Virus record (IMG/VR): IMGVR_UViG_3300041411_000080
Span: 186,001 to 250,000 of that record
DNA length: 64,000 nucleotides
Direction: 5' to 3' (one strand)
Below are positions 47,155 to 55,406 of this stretch, in pieces. A model generated the notes under the pieces. The model did not search any database and was not told the DNA's origin. It saw only the letters and a list, made by a program, of their open reading frames with translations. Numbering within the stretch: position 1 is the first letter of the stretch; each line of letters opens with the position of its first letter. Both the position numbers and the translations under genes were made by a program.

Positions 47155-48330
47155 TTATCCCTTAACTAACTCTTTAAATCTCATAGCGCAACGTTCCACG
47201 GTCGTCTCTGAGTGCCCTTGGTTTTCCAGCTCATACAACAACAGTTCAAGAATGTTATCCTTGGTGATAGGGACAAATTCTGACATGTCGAAGTTCCGCA
47301 TGGACTCCATCACAGTATTCTTCTTGGCGGTAGCTTTTTCCACAGTGATCTGCCAATCGAAAGCTTGGTACTCTCGACGATAGGAATCAATGTCACCGTT
47401 AGCTACATCACCCGGATCACACCTTAGGCGAATAGAAGAACCTCGAGGCAGGTCTTTAATACGTTCTTTGATCTGGAAGTTAAGTTCTTTGGTATCTAAC
47501 CCATGGACTTCCCAAGTAACGTATTTCTTAGCTCCCCGGTTCTCAATGAACGTAGCGGTGAATGTATCATCCTTACGGACTTCAAAGTGGAACATGCCTT
47601 TAGGGATTTCATCAGCATGGCAGATTCGATCAAATGAACCAGCGGCATAGATCCTTTCATTAACAGTCATGTTGTGAACGTGACCGATGAGGATTTGATG
47701 TTTCACTAAGGCGAGGTATTCTTGTTCGTCATGTGTAGGTTCTTCAACGATGCTAGGTAGCTGATAACTGAATGCCCCGTGCATTACAGCGAAGTCTACC
47801 TGTGTAATACCCATCTCCTTCATCTTAGCTTTCACTTGACCCAAGGTCACGGAAGTACTCGGATGCCATTTGTCAGGGACAAAAAGGAAATGAGCGTCAA
47901 AGCGCTCGTTGTATAGAATCTCTAGTTCTTTAGCGTAGTGTAGTTCCACCGGAATATTGGCGTTAACTTTCTGCTCAATAAAGAACTGAGACTGCTTACG
48001 GTCATGACTAGGTGTTCCTTCTACTATATACAGGTGTACGTCGTACGCAGCACATTTATACAGCAGGATTGTGATCCAACGGTTAATAGCGTTTACGTCA
48101 TCATCACCGTTGTTCAACTGACGATCAAATAGATCCCCAGTAATAATGACCATGTCGAGTGTTTTCAACAGGTCATCTGTAATCAAACGTTGTAGGTTTT
48201 TGATGATGTGAGATGCTGGAGTCAAGCGATGCCCTAAATGGACATCGCCTAAACTAATGTACTTGAATACTCCAGGCGTCTTAGTCCGGTCAGTCTTCAT
48301 CCAATAATCCGTCGCTTTGGAATGGGTCAC
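47155..48330 (-). CDS. sbcD: SbcD/Mre11-like metallophosphoesterase nuclease (phiKZ gp65-like)
   Basis: GDVHLG, TGDLFD, GTPSHD, MHG and GHVH motifs. Confidence 0.9.
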   Translation of the reverse strand: MTHSKATDYWMKTDRTKTPGVFKYISLGDVHLGHRLTPASHIIKNLQRLITDDLLKTLDMVIITGDLFDRQLNNGDDDVNAINRWITILLYKCAAYDVHLYIVEGTPSHDRKQSQFFIEQKVNANIPVELHYAKELEILYNERFDAHFLFVPDKWHPSTSVTLGQVKAKMKEMGITQVDFAVMHGAFSYQLPSIVEEPTHDEQEYLALVKHQILIGHVHNMTVNERIYAAGSFDRICHADEIPKGMFHFEVRKDDTFTATFIENRGAKKYVTWEVHGLDTKELNFQIKERIKDLPRGSSIRLRCDPGDVANGDIDSYRREYQAFDWQITVEKATAKKNTVMESMRNFDMSEFVPITKDNILELLLYELENQGHSETTVERCAMRFKELVKG

Positions 48331-48907
48331 CCGCCAGCTGAATTACTTCACCTGTGCTACTGGTTGTAGTAGTAATTGGGGAGCCATCAAGCGAGTACAA
48401 CGGATTACCCTCGTCGTCGAGGAAGGTCTTTCCGTACAACGCGAGAATGGCCCCAACTGGGACAAGGAGTTTCTCTTCGATCGGAACGATCTGAGAGATC
48501 TGATGTAGGTATTCAGTGATGTACTGTTCTACCGGTTCATTGGTACCACGATGCCGCAACATAGAAGCATGTTCGATCAAGTGGTTAACCGTGATCCCAC
48601 CGTTAGTGGAACTCATGGATGTATCCACACGTGCATGCAATGGAGGTACAGTAAACAAAGTAACGGTTTTACCATCGCGTACACCCGCTACACGCAGAGG
48701 CATAGTCAATTCAACTACGTACCGCTTATAACGAGCTAGGTTGTTTTCATCCCATGGCCTTTGGAGCAATGGAACGATCTGATGTTCAAACACGTCTTCT
48801 GCAACAACAGGGGTTTGCCGTTCGTCGTTGGAGAGGATGTCTGCACAAGCTCGCATCACCTCCATCTCACTAACCCGCATACCCGCGAGATAGTTAACCT
48901 TCGACAT
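48290..48907 (-). CDS. Conserved hypothetical protein, phiKZ gp64-like (205 aa)
   Basis: Coupled ORF; synteny. Confidence 0.5.
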   Translation of the reverse strand: MSKVNYLAGMRVSEMEVMRACADILSNDERQTPVVAEDVFEHQIVPLLQRPWDENNLARYKRYVVELTMPLRVAGVRDGKTVTLFTVPPLHARVDTSMSSTNGGITVNHLIEHASMLRHRGTNEPVEQYITEYLHQISQIVPIEEKLLVPVGAILALYGKTFLDDEGNPLYSLDGSPITTTTSSTGEVIQLAGDPFQSDGLLDED

Positions 48908-49412
48908 TCTCTGTTACCTCAGCAGGCTTTGCAGTGGTATAAGCGATAATGTTAACCAGTAGCTCTTTACGATCAGCGAAGAGGTTTGGGTTAGCATCAA
49001 AGAATTCACTGAACGGACCACAGCCATCATTCATGATGTTTTCTGGATCTCGTGCCAAAGCGTAGTTATAGCCACCATCTTCGAGTTTGGTGACTACTAC
49101 AGTCTGGCTGTTTTCAGTAACAGTCTTACCGTCAACAGGATAGATGTCAAACCCACGCTCCAGTGCCGCTACGCCTTTTGCAGCGTCTTCAATGGAATGG
49201 TCTAGGTTGTCTGTCAAACCTTTGAAGGTATTGCTCAGAACGCGTGCTACGCGGACTTCAAAAGCATCTTCACCCGACTTGAACAACTTCAGGACCTTCA
49301 GAATAGTCTGGTCCATATCATGCAATCGTTTCTGAATAGTGGCTTGCGTTTGTTTGATAGTGGCTACGTCTTGGGCCAGCTGATCTAGTGGGCTATTAGG
49401 TGTAGTGTCCAT
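48894..49412 (-). CDS. Hypothetical protein with an N-terminal coiled coil (172 aa)
   Basis: Heptad pattern; coupled ORF. Confidence 0.55.
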   Translation of the reverse strand: MDTTPNSPLDQLAQDVATIKQTQATIQKRLHDMDQTILKVLKLFKSGEDAFEVRVARVLSNTFKGLTDNLDHSIEDAAKGVAALERGFDIYPVDGKTVTENSQTVVVTKLEDGGYNYALARDPENIMNDGCGPFSEFFDANPNLFADRKELLVNIIAYTTAKPAEVTENVEG

Positions 49413-49416
49413 TTAA

Positions 49417-49824
49417 TTATCCATTGTTGATTTTAGCGATTCTGACGACTCGTCCGTCCTCGACATAAACAAGCTTACCGACTGTATAGGGTCTACCAGA
49501 GTTATCGTAGACTGTCCCTGTAAAGCTGATGGAATACTGATCAGGTTTAGTAGGGTCATCAGCTGTGACCTCTACGATTGCTTCAGCAGTATTACCGTAA
49601 ACAGATTGGAACTTAGTCTGAAGGTCTTCAGCCATTTGTTGTTCGAGACCGAGCATGTCACCAGCATTAGTCTTCAATGTATATTGCATTGAGGTATTTT
49701 GTTCAGCATGTAGTACTGAGTCAGATGCTTCGGTTGCAATGTAGCAGGACAACAGGTAATCTGCCGTACCAGCAAAGTCATTAATCCAACCGGAAACACC
49801 TAGCGTGGGTAGGAACTTAGGCAT
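49417..49824 (-). CDS. Conserved protein, phiKZ gp62-like, possibly T4 gp25-like baseplate wedge (135 aa)
   Basis: PTL....W N-terminus and C-terminal VEV...DQYSISF strands typical of gp25-like proteins. Confidence 0.45.
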   Translation of the reverse strand: MPKFLPTLGVSGWINDFAGTADYLLSCYIATEASDSVLHAEQNTSMQYTLKTNAGDMLGLEQQMAEDLQTKFQSVYGNTAEAIVEVTADDPTKPDQYSISFTGTVYDNSGRPYTVGKLVYVEDGRVVRIAKINNG

Positions 49825-49852
49825 AAATCACCAAAAAAGAAAGGGTATAGAT

Positions 49853-49872
49853 GCGGAGCCCTAAGGCCCCGC
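49853..49872 (-). terminator. Hairpin with a downstream T-tract
   Basis: GCGGAGCC-CTAA-GGCCCCGC, then TTTCTTTTTT on the minus strand. Confidence 0.6.
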
Positions 49873-49876
49873 GATT

Positions 49877-50329
49877 TTACTCGGTTCGGTTAATGCGGCG
49901 ATAACATTGCAGAACCGGATGATCCGATGGAATCATGAGGCCCAGCAAGTGGATCTGACCACCAGCATTAGGAATGTCGTAAGTGACAGAATGAACCAAA
50001 TCAAGATCACTTACTGCTGTGGCATTAGCCCAGAAGTTATATCGAGCGTCACCAAACTCAACTTGTGCGATACCCAGTAGACCTGTAAACAGACCTAGTA
50101 CCCCACCGTCTTCTTCGTACATCTTGAAGTCCCACTCAACCAACTGAGTGCGTACGCCGTTTTCATCTTCAACCCAAGCTAGTTCATCATCAAGGGTATA
50201 TTGCCCTTGTGGGTTCCGCTTAAGAAGAATGTATTGCTGTGGATCGAATGGCCCTTTCTCTGCAACCAGAGCAGCAAAGCGTGGCAAATCGTTAATGCTG
50301 GCATAGGTGCCGAAAGTATTATCACTCAT
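49877..50329 (-). CDS. Accessory protein, paralog family A (150 aa)
   Basis: YASINDLP N-terminus and LMIPSDHP C-terminus. Confidence 0.65.
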   Translation of the reverse strand: MSDNTFGTYASINDLPRFAALVAEKGPFDPQQYILLKRNPQGQYTLDDELAWVEDENGVRTQLVEWDFKMYEEDGGVLGLFTGLLGIAQVEFGDARYNFWANATAVSDLDLVHSVTYDIPNAGGQIHLLGLMIPSDHPVLQCYRRINRTE

Positions 50330-50362
50330 GTGAAGCCCTCTGTAAAAAAAATAACAAGTGAA

Positions 50363-50380
50363 TGGAACCCGAAGGTTCCA
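50363..50380 (-). terminator. Hairpin TGGAACC-CGAA-GGTTCCA with a T-tract
   Basis: 7-bp stem followed by T8 on the minus strand. Confidence 0.7.
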
Positions 50381-50400
50381 CTACACAAGATATTGCAGAG

Positions 50401-50799
50401 TTATGCCGCTGCGCTATGTTCGTCCGCATCCGGTACGATCAATGGTGCATCTTCCATGTATGGAAGACGAATCATAAACTGATTAACTGGAATACCGTGG
50501 TCCATCGGATCAAGTCCACCGAAGGCAACTTTCACCTGATGCAGTTGACCACCAAAGAAATGGATAGCCAATCGTGCTGGTAACTTACCAAAGTTTACGG
50601 TATCCATCGAGAAGTCACGACCGTGGAACAGATGATCCCCCACGCCCGATACCACACTGATGTGCGGTCGAATGTATCTTTCAAAGATCTCTGGGGTATA
50701 AGCAATGTCACCTCCCCATTCAGAGAAGAGAATCCATTTACCGTCTTCTTCTTTCTGGAAGTGATAGTTCAGAACTACTTGTTCTTTAGCTTCAGACAT
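50401..50799 (-). CDS. Accessory hypothetical protein (132 aa), possibly family A
   Basis: RBS GAG; similar size and beta-rich pattern. Confidence 0.6.
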   Translation of the reverse strand: MSEAKEQVVLNYHFQKEEDGKWILFSEWGGDIAYTPEIFERYIRPHISVVSGVGDHLFHGRDFSMDTVNFGKLPARLAIHFFGGQLHQVKVAFGGLDPMDHGIPVNQFMIRLPYMEDAPLIVPDADEHSAAA

Positions 50800-50819
50800 G
50801 ACTATTACTCTTGAGTTGA

Positions 50820-51269
50820 TTAAGCAGCTGTTCCACCGTATACGTCTAAATCCACTGATTTACGATACACGACTTCTTCTTCCTGGAACAACCAGTTAGC
50901 CGGATGATCTTGTGGCAACCGCAACACGTGCACTTGGTAATAAGCACCGTCTTTACCTTCTTGCCAGATCTCGTGGCAGAACGCTTCTTGTCCGCGCGTG
51001 AAATAGGGCAGGTGATAACGTTCGCCTTCCCATTGGATCACGACTGTATTGAAAGGTGTGGTGTGTACACCTTTAATATCAGGACAGTTCACGAACTCTT
51101 CTGGCTTAAAGCGTGGTCTACGCTCATTGGTCTCATCGATACCACGGTAAGCAAAGCTACCCGCACGGTTACGATAGAAGTCGTTGTACTCAGTAGTAGA
51201 GTAAACGGTTACGACTTCATTTGGGCCACGACCAGGCAGGTCATTAAGACTTGTGTATTCAGTTTGCAT
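50820..51269 (-). CDS. Accessory protein, paralog family A (149 aa)
   Basis: YTSLNDLP N-terminus and LRLPQDHP C-terminus; RBS GAGG. Confidence 0.65.
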   Translation of the reverse strand: MQTEYTSLNDLPGRGPNEVVTVYSTTEYNDFYRNRAGSFAYRGIDETNERRPRFKPEEFVNCPDIKGVHTTPFNTVVIQWEGERYHLPYFTRGQEAFCHEIWQEGKDGAYYQVHVLRLPQDHPANWLFQEEEVVYRKSVDLDVYGGTAA

Positions 51270-51287
51270 GTCTACCTCGGAATAAAT

Positions 51288-51312
51288 GAGAGCCCCGTAG
51301 GGCTCTCTTATG
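51288..51312. terminator. Hairpin GAGAGCCC-CGTA-GGGCTCTC followed by TTATG
   Basis: 8-bp perfect stem. Confidence 0.7.
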
Positions 51313-51317
51313 GGGTC

Positions 51318-51929
51318 TTACAGCAGATTACCGATTGGACTGGTTGGGTCCATCTCGTGTTCATCCAACGAACGGTTAACAAGGTTCCAAGTACGGATGA
51401 TGTCAACCTTCTCAAACAGCGTCAGCTCTTTATCTTCTTCTGGTACGTTCTCATAGAAATCGTTCCATTCAAAGTGAGTGTCTTTAACGATGGCCATGCC
51501 ATCCATCACTCGACGATAGTCATAGTGGTTCACACCGATAGCATTACCATGATAGTTGGTATAGCTACCAGCATAACCTTCGACCGAGTCATTGAGATAC
51601 ATATCTCGCAGACGTGGTTCAGCCATGATGTACCGTTGCATAATCGGGTTAGCTGTTTGAAGCTGCTCGATGCTGTTGCAATAGTGGATGTTGTTACCCA
51701 TCCAACTAGTGTCAGCCTTCGCAGTTAGGTTCCGTAGAGCCTGCAATGCATCTGACTCGGAGATCGTCTGATAGAACGTCCGTGCTTTATTGAACCATCC
51801 AGCTGTGGTAGCTGTTACGTTCTGCATCAGGTTGTGCGTGCGCTCTTGGAGCCAGTTCGTGGTATTCGAATCGAGATAGCCGCCAGCAGCGATATCCATC
51901 AGGTCAACGCCGTAGGCTTGTTGTAACAT
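51318..51929 (-). CDS. Conserved Chimalliviridae core protein, probable phiKZ gp59/Imp3 homolog (203 aa)
   Basis: LQTANPIMQRYIMAEP and YDYRRVMDG motifs; position between the beta' gene and gp62; RBS GGAGG. Confidence 0.55.
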   Translation of the reverse strand: MLQQAYGVDLMDIAAGGYLDSNTTNWLQERTHNLMQNVTATTAGWFNKARTFYQTISESDALQALRNLTAKADTSWMGNNIHYCNSIEQLQTANPIMQRYIMAEPRLRDMYLNDSVEGYAGSYTNYHGNAIGVNHYDYRRVMDGMAIVKDTHFEWNDFYENVPEEDKELTLFEKVDIIRTWNLVNRSLDEHEMDPTSPIGNLL

Positions 51930-51946
51930 ATTTCATTCCTCCCATA

Positions 51947-52228
51947 TCACCAGTTGACGTGATCAAGTGAGTCAGGTATAAAGGGTTCTTTCAACTCTTT
52001 ATACATTTGCGCGATCAGGTCAATAACCTGAAATGGCGTTGGTCTACCCATTGCCTTAATGCGTTTTTCAAGTTGATCTAAGTTGATGCGTTTATCCATC
52101 GTCTTTACCTTGGATCTATCTAGGAGAGCTTCTATCTTTTCACGGATTTCAACTCGACTGTTTGAATCAACCCGTATACCACCAACCCCGTCACCTAATT
52201 TAACCAGCTCAGCAATACACGGATTCAT
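51947..52228 (-). CDS. Hypothetical early protein (93 aa)
   Basis: RBS AAGGGG directly after an early promoter copy. Confidence 0.6.
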   Translation of the reverse strand: MNPCIAELVKLGDGVGGIRVDSNSRVEIREKIEALLDRSKVKTMDKRINLDQLEKRIKAMGRPTPFQVIDLIAQMYKELKEPFIPDSLDHVNW

Positions 52229-52241
52229 TCATATCCCCTTA

Positions 52242-52268
52242 GTGATATAGATCTGAAATAAAGTCTAC
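52242..52268 (-). promoter_or_regulatory. Early promoter motif copy
   Basis: Minus strand TAGACTTTATTTCAGATCTATATCAC. Confidence 0.65.
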
Positions 52269-52447
52269 TCAGTCAATTGGCTATCTAAGTCAAACTTCCG
52301 TTCAACCCGCAGTTTACGCTTACGCGCAGCTCTCACTAGGACACGTGCATCTTTACGGTCTTTGTAAGTACCATGCGTAGGAACAACACAGCGCCATTCT
52401 TCTGGGATGGTAACTTCTTTACCACGTCGTATTCTAGTTTCAGCCAT
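52265..52447 (-). CDS. Small highly basic protein (60 aa)
   Basis: MAETRIRRGKEVTIPEEW...RKRKLR; coupled to the upstream ORF. Confidence 0.6.
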   Translation of the reverse strand: MAETRIRRGKEVTIPEEWRCVVPTHGTYKDRKDARVLVRAARKRKLRVERKFDLDSQLTE

Positions 52448-53696
52448 TGAACAAACTCGTTACGTCTACTTCGACCTTAACCAGATCAAAGAAAGGGTGA
52501 TTGCGTGGAATCATCAACGCTGTGACTTCACTGTAAACGTCACTAGAGATACCAAGGATCTCATAGTTAACCCCGACCTCGACAGTGTAGTTACTATCAC
52601 GAACACTGATACCGACCCTACTAAAGCCGTTAACGAAGTTATAGAACGGTTCACTGTAAACAGATTCACGTTTCGGCAAGCCGCCCATTTTAATAGGGTA
52701 CTTACGACCATTATATTCGACGAACCAAGAACCGGCTTCATCTGTACTAATGCATACATCTGTGTTTTCGATCATATCAGGTTCTTCTGTTTCTAATTGA
52801 GGTAGGACTGGAATGAATGGTGGTCCGATCTTGCTGATGAGGTCGACGAGTGCATTCGCCCAATACATAATTTCAGGCGAACCTAGCATCGTGAACAGGA
52901 TAACCCGATCAACAGGATTGTTATCTAGATCTAATCCAATGCCGCATGACCACATGTAGAATGGATGGATCAGACGCATTACTTCATAGCGATGCTTACA
53001 TTCTTCTGCGGCTTCGGTATAATCTAGACCTAGCGCATGTGACAACACTGTACTCCATGGATCAGAGTACAACGTCTCTTTTACTGTATCGTAGAACGCA
53101 TCAGCCAATACGTGGAGATCCGTACTGACCTGACCTACTGGCCAGATATTAAGTAGTTCCCGCACTTCGTTCATCAACCACTCCGTACTTTGCTCATACG
53201 TGAGATCACTGTAGCTCATGTGAATGAAGGGCTTGTTGCAGCGTTCCCAGAAATCTCGCCTGAAAGCGTCTTCGCTAGAAAACTTTGCTCGGTTACGGAT
53301 TCGCCATAGATCGAAAGGATGCGGCAAGTGGAACGCACCCATCAACCTTTCGTATTCATCCATACTTCCTATGGGCCCAATGGGTTGATAGCACGCCGAC
53401 ATTATTTTCCAACGGTCGTCTGTCCAACGCATGTTTACTACGTGTGTCCACCATGTTGCGGCAGCCACTCTACTACGACGTTCTTTGGCGTCCAATATGT
53501 CCTCAGCCCTTTGTGCTTCTACCTTCGCTTGGTTCTCCCGCCAGTTGGCCCGAAACTCAAGCAACTTTTTTCTGAAGAACCCGTAAGGCGCCCGGTTCGT
53601 TACACTGGTTAGGTCATCCAAAGCTTCCCGTTCAGCTATGCACAACCTGTCGGGGTTGTGACAAAGACAGACGGTCCGACAGGCTGGTGTGTGCAT
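52440..53696 (-). CDS. Hypothetical protein (418 aa) with a C-terminal family-A domain
   Basis: Ends LMIPRNHP; internal Met at 52775 starts a ~111-aa module. Confidence 0.6.
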   Translation of the reverse strand: MHTPACRTVCLCHNPDRLCIAEREALDDLTSVTNRAPYGFFRKKLLEFRANWRENQAKVEAQRAEDILDAKERRSRVAAATWWTHVVNMRWTDDRWKIMSACYQPIGPIGSMDEYERLMGAFHLPHPFDLWRIRNRAKFSSEDAFRRDFWERCNKPFIHMSYSDLTYEQSTEWLMNEVRELLNIWPVGQVSTDLHVLADAFYDTVKETLYSDPWSTVLSHALGLDYTEAAEECKHRYEVMRLIHPFYMWSCGIGLDLDNNPVDRVILFTMLGSPEIMYWANALVDLISKIGPPFIPVLPQLETEEPDMIENTDVCISTDEAGSWFVEYNGRKYPIKMGGLPKRESVYSEPFYNFVNGFSRVGISVRDSNYTVEVGVNYEILGISSDVYSEVTALMIPRNHPFFDLVKVEVDVTSLFNG

Positions 53697-53699
53697 AAC

Positions 53700-55160
53700 T
53701 TACCCTTTTAACCAATCTTCAAGTGAAGGGAGATAATCTTCGTGAACATAGTTAACCACAGTTTCCACTACAGGACCTTGCAGTTCTAGGTTACCGGAGA
53801 TCTGGTGTGGGTCGTCAGTACTGAGTACCCAAGTGTGTGGAGCAATACGGTCAGTCGCATCTGCCAGATAGTTGTCTGGAAGCAGAGTCAAGTTCAGTTG
53901 GTCGCCATCGAAGTCAGCGTTAGGAGACTTCAAGCACAACACCGACATACTGATCGAGTTATCACGCAAGTCAGTTTTGATCTTGGTGATAAAGAACTGT
54001 TGAGTCGAACCACGTTGCAAGGTTGGGTTACGGTGGAACGTACAGGCAGGACCTTTATACTTCGCTTCTGCGATCAGCTCTTGAAACAACTCATCCAAGA
54101 TGGGGTTGTATTGTAGAACGTGTTCGTAGATGAAGCTTTGGGCCTTACGCGTAGGCATCCGATACTTACGCTTGAGCTTGTTGATCAGGTGATACTTAAA
54201 CAGTTGACATGCAATGCCCCAAGGGATATGCAGTTCATCATAATCGTGCGGATCACTGATCGAGGTAATTACACCACGAGCAGTCAAGTTCAAACGACCA
54301 CCCAGAACGTGACGTCGACACAACCCAGGCTTCTGTGCAATACGCGACTTAGCCAGAGTCTTGTGATACAACGAATAGTTCTTCAGGGACTCTGCAACCC
54401 GATTCTGGACAACGATCGGCTTGATTGGGATTGGGCTACTACTAATGGAACAGAACGTCAGTACCGCTTCGATAGCCGGTCCAATAGGTTCATCCATGTA
54501 GTTACCGCTGGTAGTGGATTCCACCACGAAGCAGAGTTTGGATGGGATAGGAATATGTCGTGGAAACATCTTCCCTTTATTCTGCTGGATGAATTCGTTC
54601 ATCTCAGTTTTGTTATTGTTGATGATGTTAGCATCTAACAAGAACTGGAAGATCTCATCGAAGTTCTGAACGAAGTTGTTCAGACCACGAGGGAAGTTCT
54701 TCTGAAGCATTTTGTCAAGCTTACGTTTAGTCTCTTTGGAACTGATCGAGTTATAATCGTAACTATAACTGGTGTTCGTTAGATACTCAAGGAAATCGAA
54801 TTCCTTCATCGTCATGTAGTTAGACAGCATAATCCAGAGTTGTGGACAGATCAAACGATCTACCCCTTCTGGTGCTCGAATCCACATAGACGGAACGATT
54901 GGACGGTTACTGGTGGATACTACAGGACTACCGCAGTTCTCACAGATCACACCCAGTTTGTGTGCATCCGTAATATGGTCACAATCACAAGCAGCAGAGT
55001 TCTCTACTGCATCCGCATCCTGATAGTGCGAATAGAAGTGACGTTGGAACGCTTCTTTACCTTCTGCTGTACTGGTATTAAAGTCATTGGCATAAACCAG
55101 CTTGCCTTTGAAGTTGTCATGCACCACGTCTAAATCGACAATGGACAGATGTAGACCCAT
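53700..55160 (-). CDS. Non-virion RNAP beta' N-terminal/catalytic subunit (phiKZ gp55 homolog; uninterrupted; 486 aa)
   Basis: NADFDGD active site, Zn finger CDC...CENC, RLNLTARGVI and HRNPTL. Confidence 0.95.
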   Translation of the reverse strand: MGLHLSIVDLDVVHDNFKGKLVYANDFNTSTAEGKEAFQRHFYSHYQDADAVENSAACDCDHITDAHKLGVICENCGSPVVSTSNRPIVPSMWIRAPEGVDRLICPQLWIMLSNYMTMKEFDFLEYLTNTSYSYDYNSISSKETKRKLDKMLQKNFPRGLNNFVQNFDEIFQFLLDANIINNNKTEMNEFIQQNKGKMFPRHIPIPSKLCFVVESTTSGNYMDEPIGPAIEAVLTFCSISSSPIPIKPIVVQNRVAESLKNYSLYHKTLAKSRIAQKPGLCRRHVLGGRLNLTARGVITSISDPHDYDELHIPWGIACQLFKYHLINKLKRKYRMPTRKAQSFIYEHVLQYNPILDELFQELIAEAKYKGPACTFHRNPTLQRGSTQQFFITKIKTDLRDNSISMSVLCLKSPNADFDGDQLNLTLLPDNYLADATDRIAPHTWVLSTDDPHQISGNLELQGPVVETVVNYVHEDYLPSLEDWLKG

Positions 55161-55201
55161 TAAGAAACCTCATCACCAAAAGACAAAAAAGGAATAACTA
55201 A

Positions 55202-55221
55202 GCTGCTCCCGAAGGAGCAGC
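55202..55221 (-). terminator. Hairpin GCTGCTCC-CGAA-GGAGCAGC with a T-rich tail
   Basis: 8-bp stem; minus-strand tail TTAGTTATTCCTTTTTT; lies ~40 nt upstream of the beta' start. Confidence 0.65.
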
Positions 55222-55354
55222 CCAGTATTCTTTAGTCGATCATCACGCTCCATCTGGCCAGTACCGGTTGCTTGGAGTTTTACAGCCACATCTATTTATC
55301 CAGTATTTAGGTTAGACATGACTGGGTCTTTGTGAAGACCGTAGTTTGAGTGAT

Positions 55355-55381
55355 CCCAACCACCGAGATGGTTGGGTTATG
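55355..55381. terminator. Hairpin CCCAACCA-CCGAGA-TGGTTGGG followed by TTATGCCG, after chmA
   Basis: 8-bp stem 30-50 nt after the chmA stop. Confidence 0.65.
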
Positions 55382-55406
55382 CCGTCACTCGTCTAGCACT
55401 CGACTA

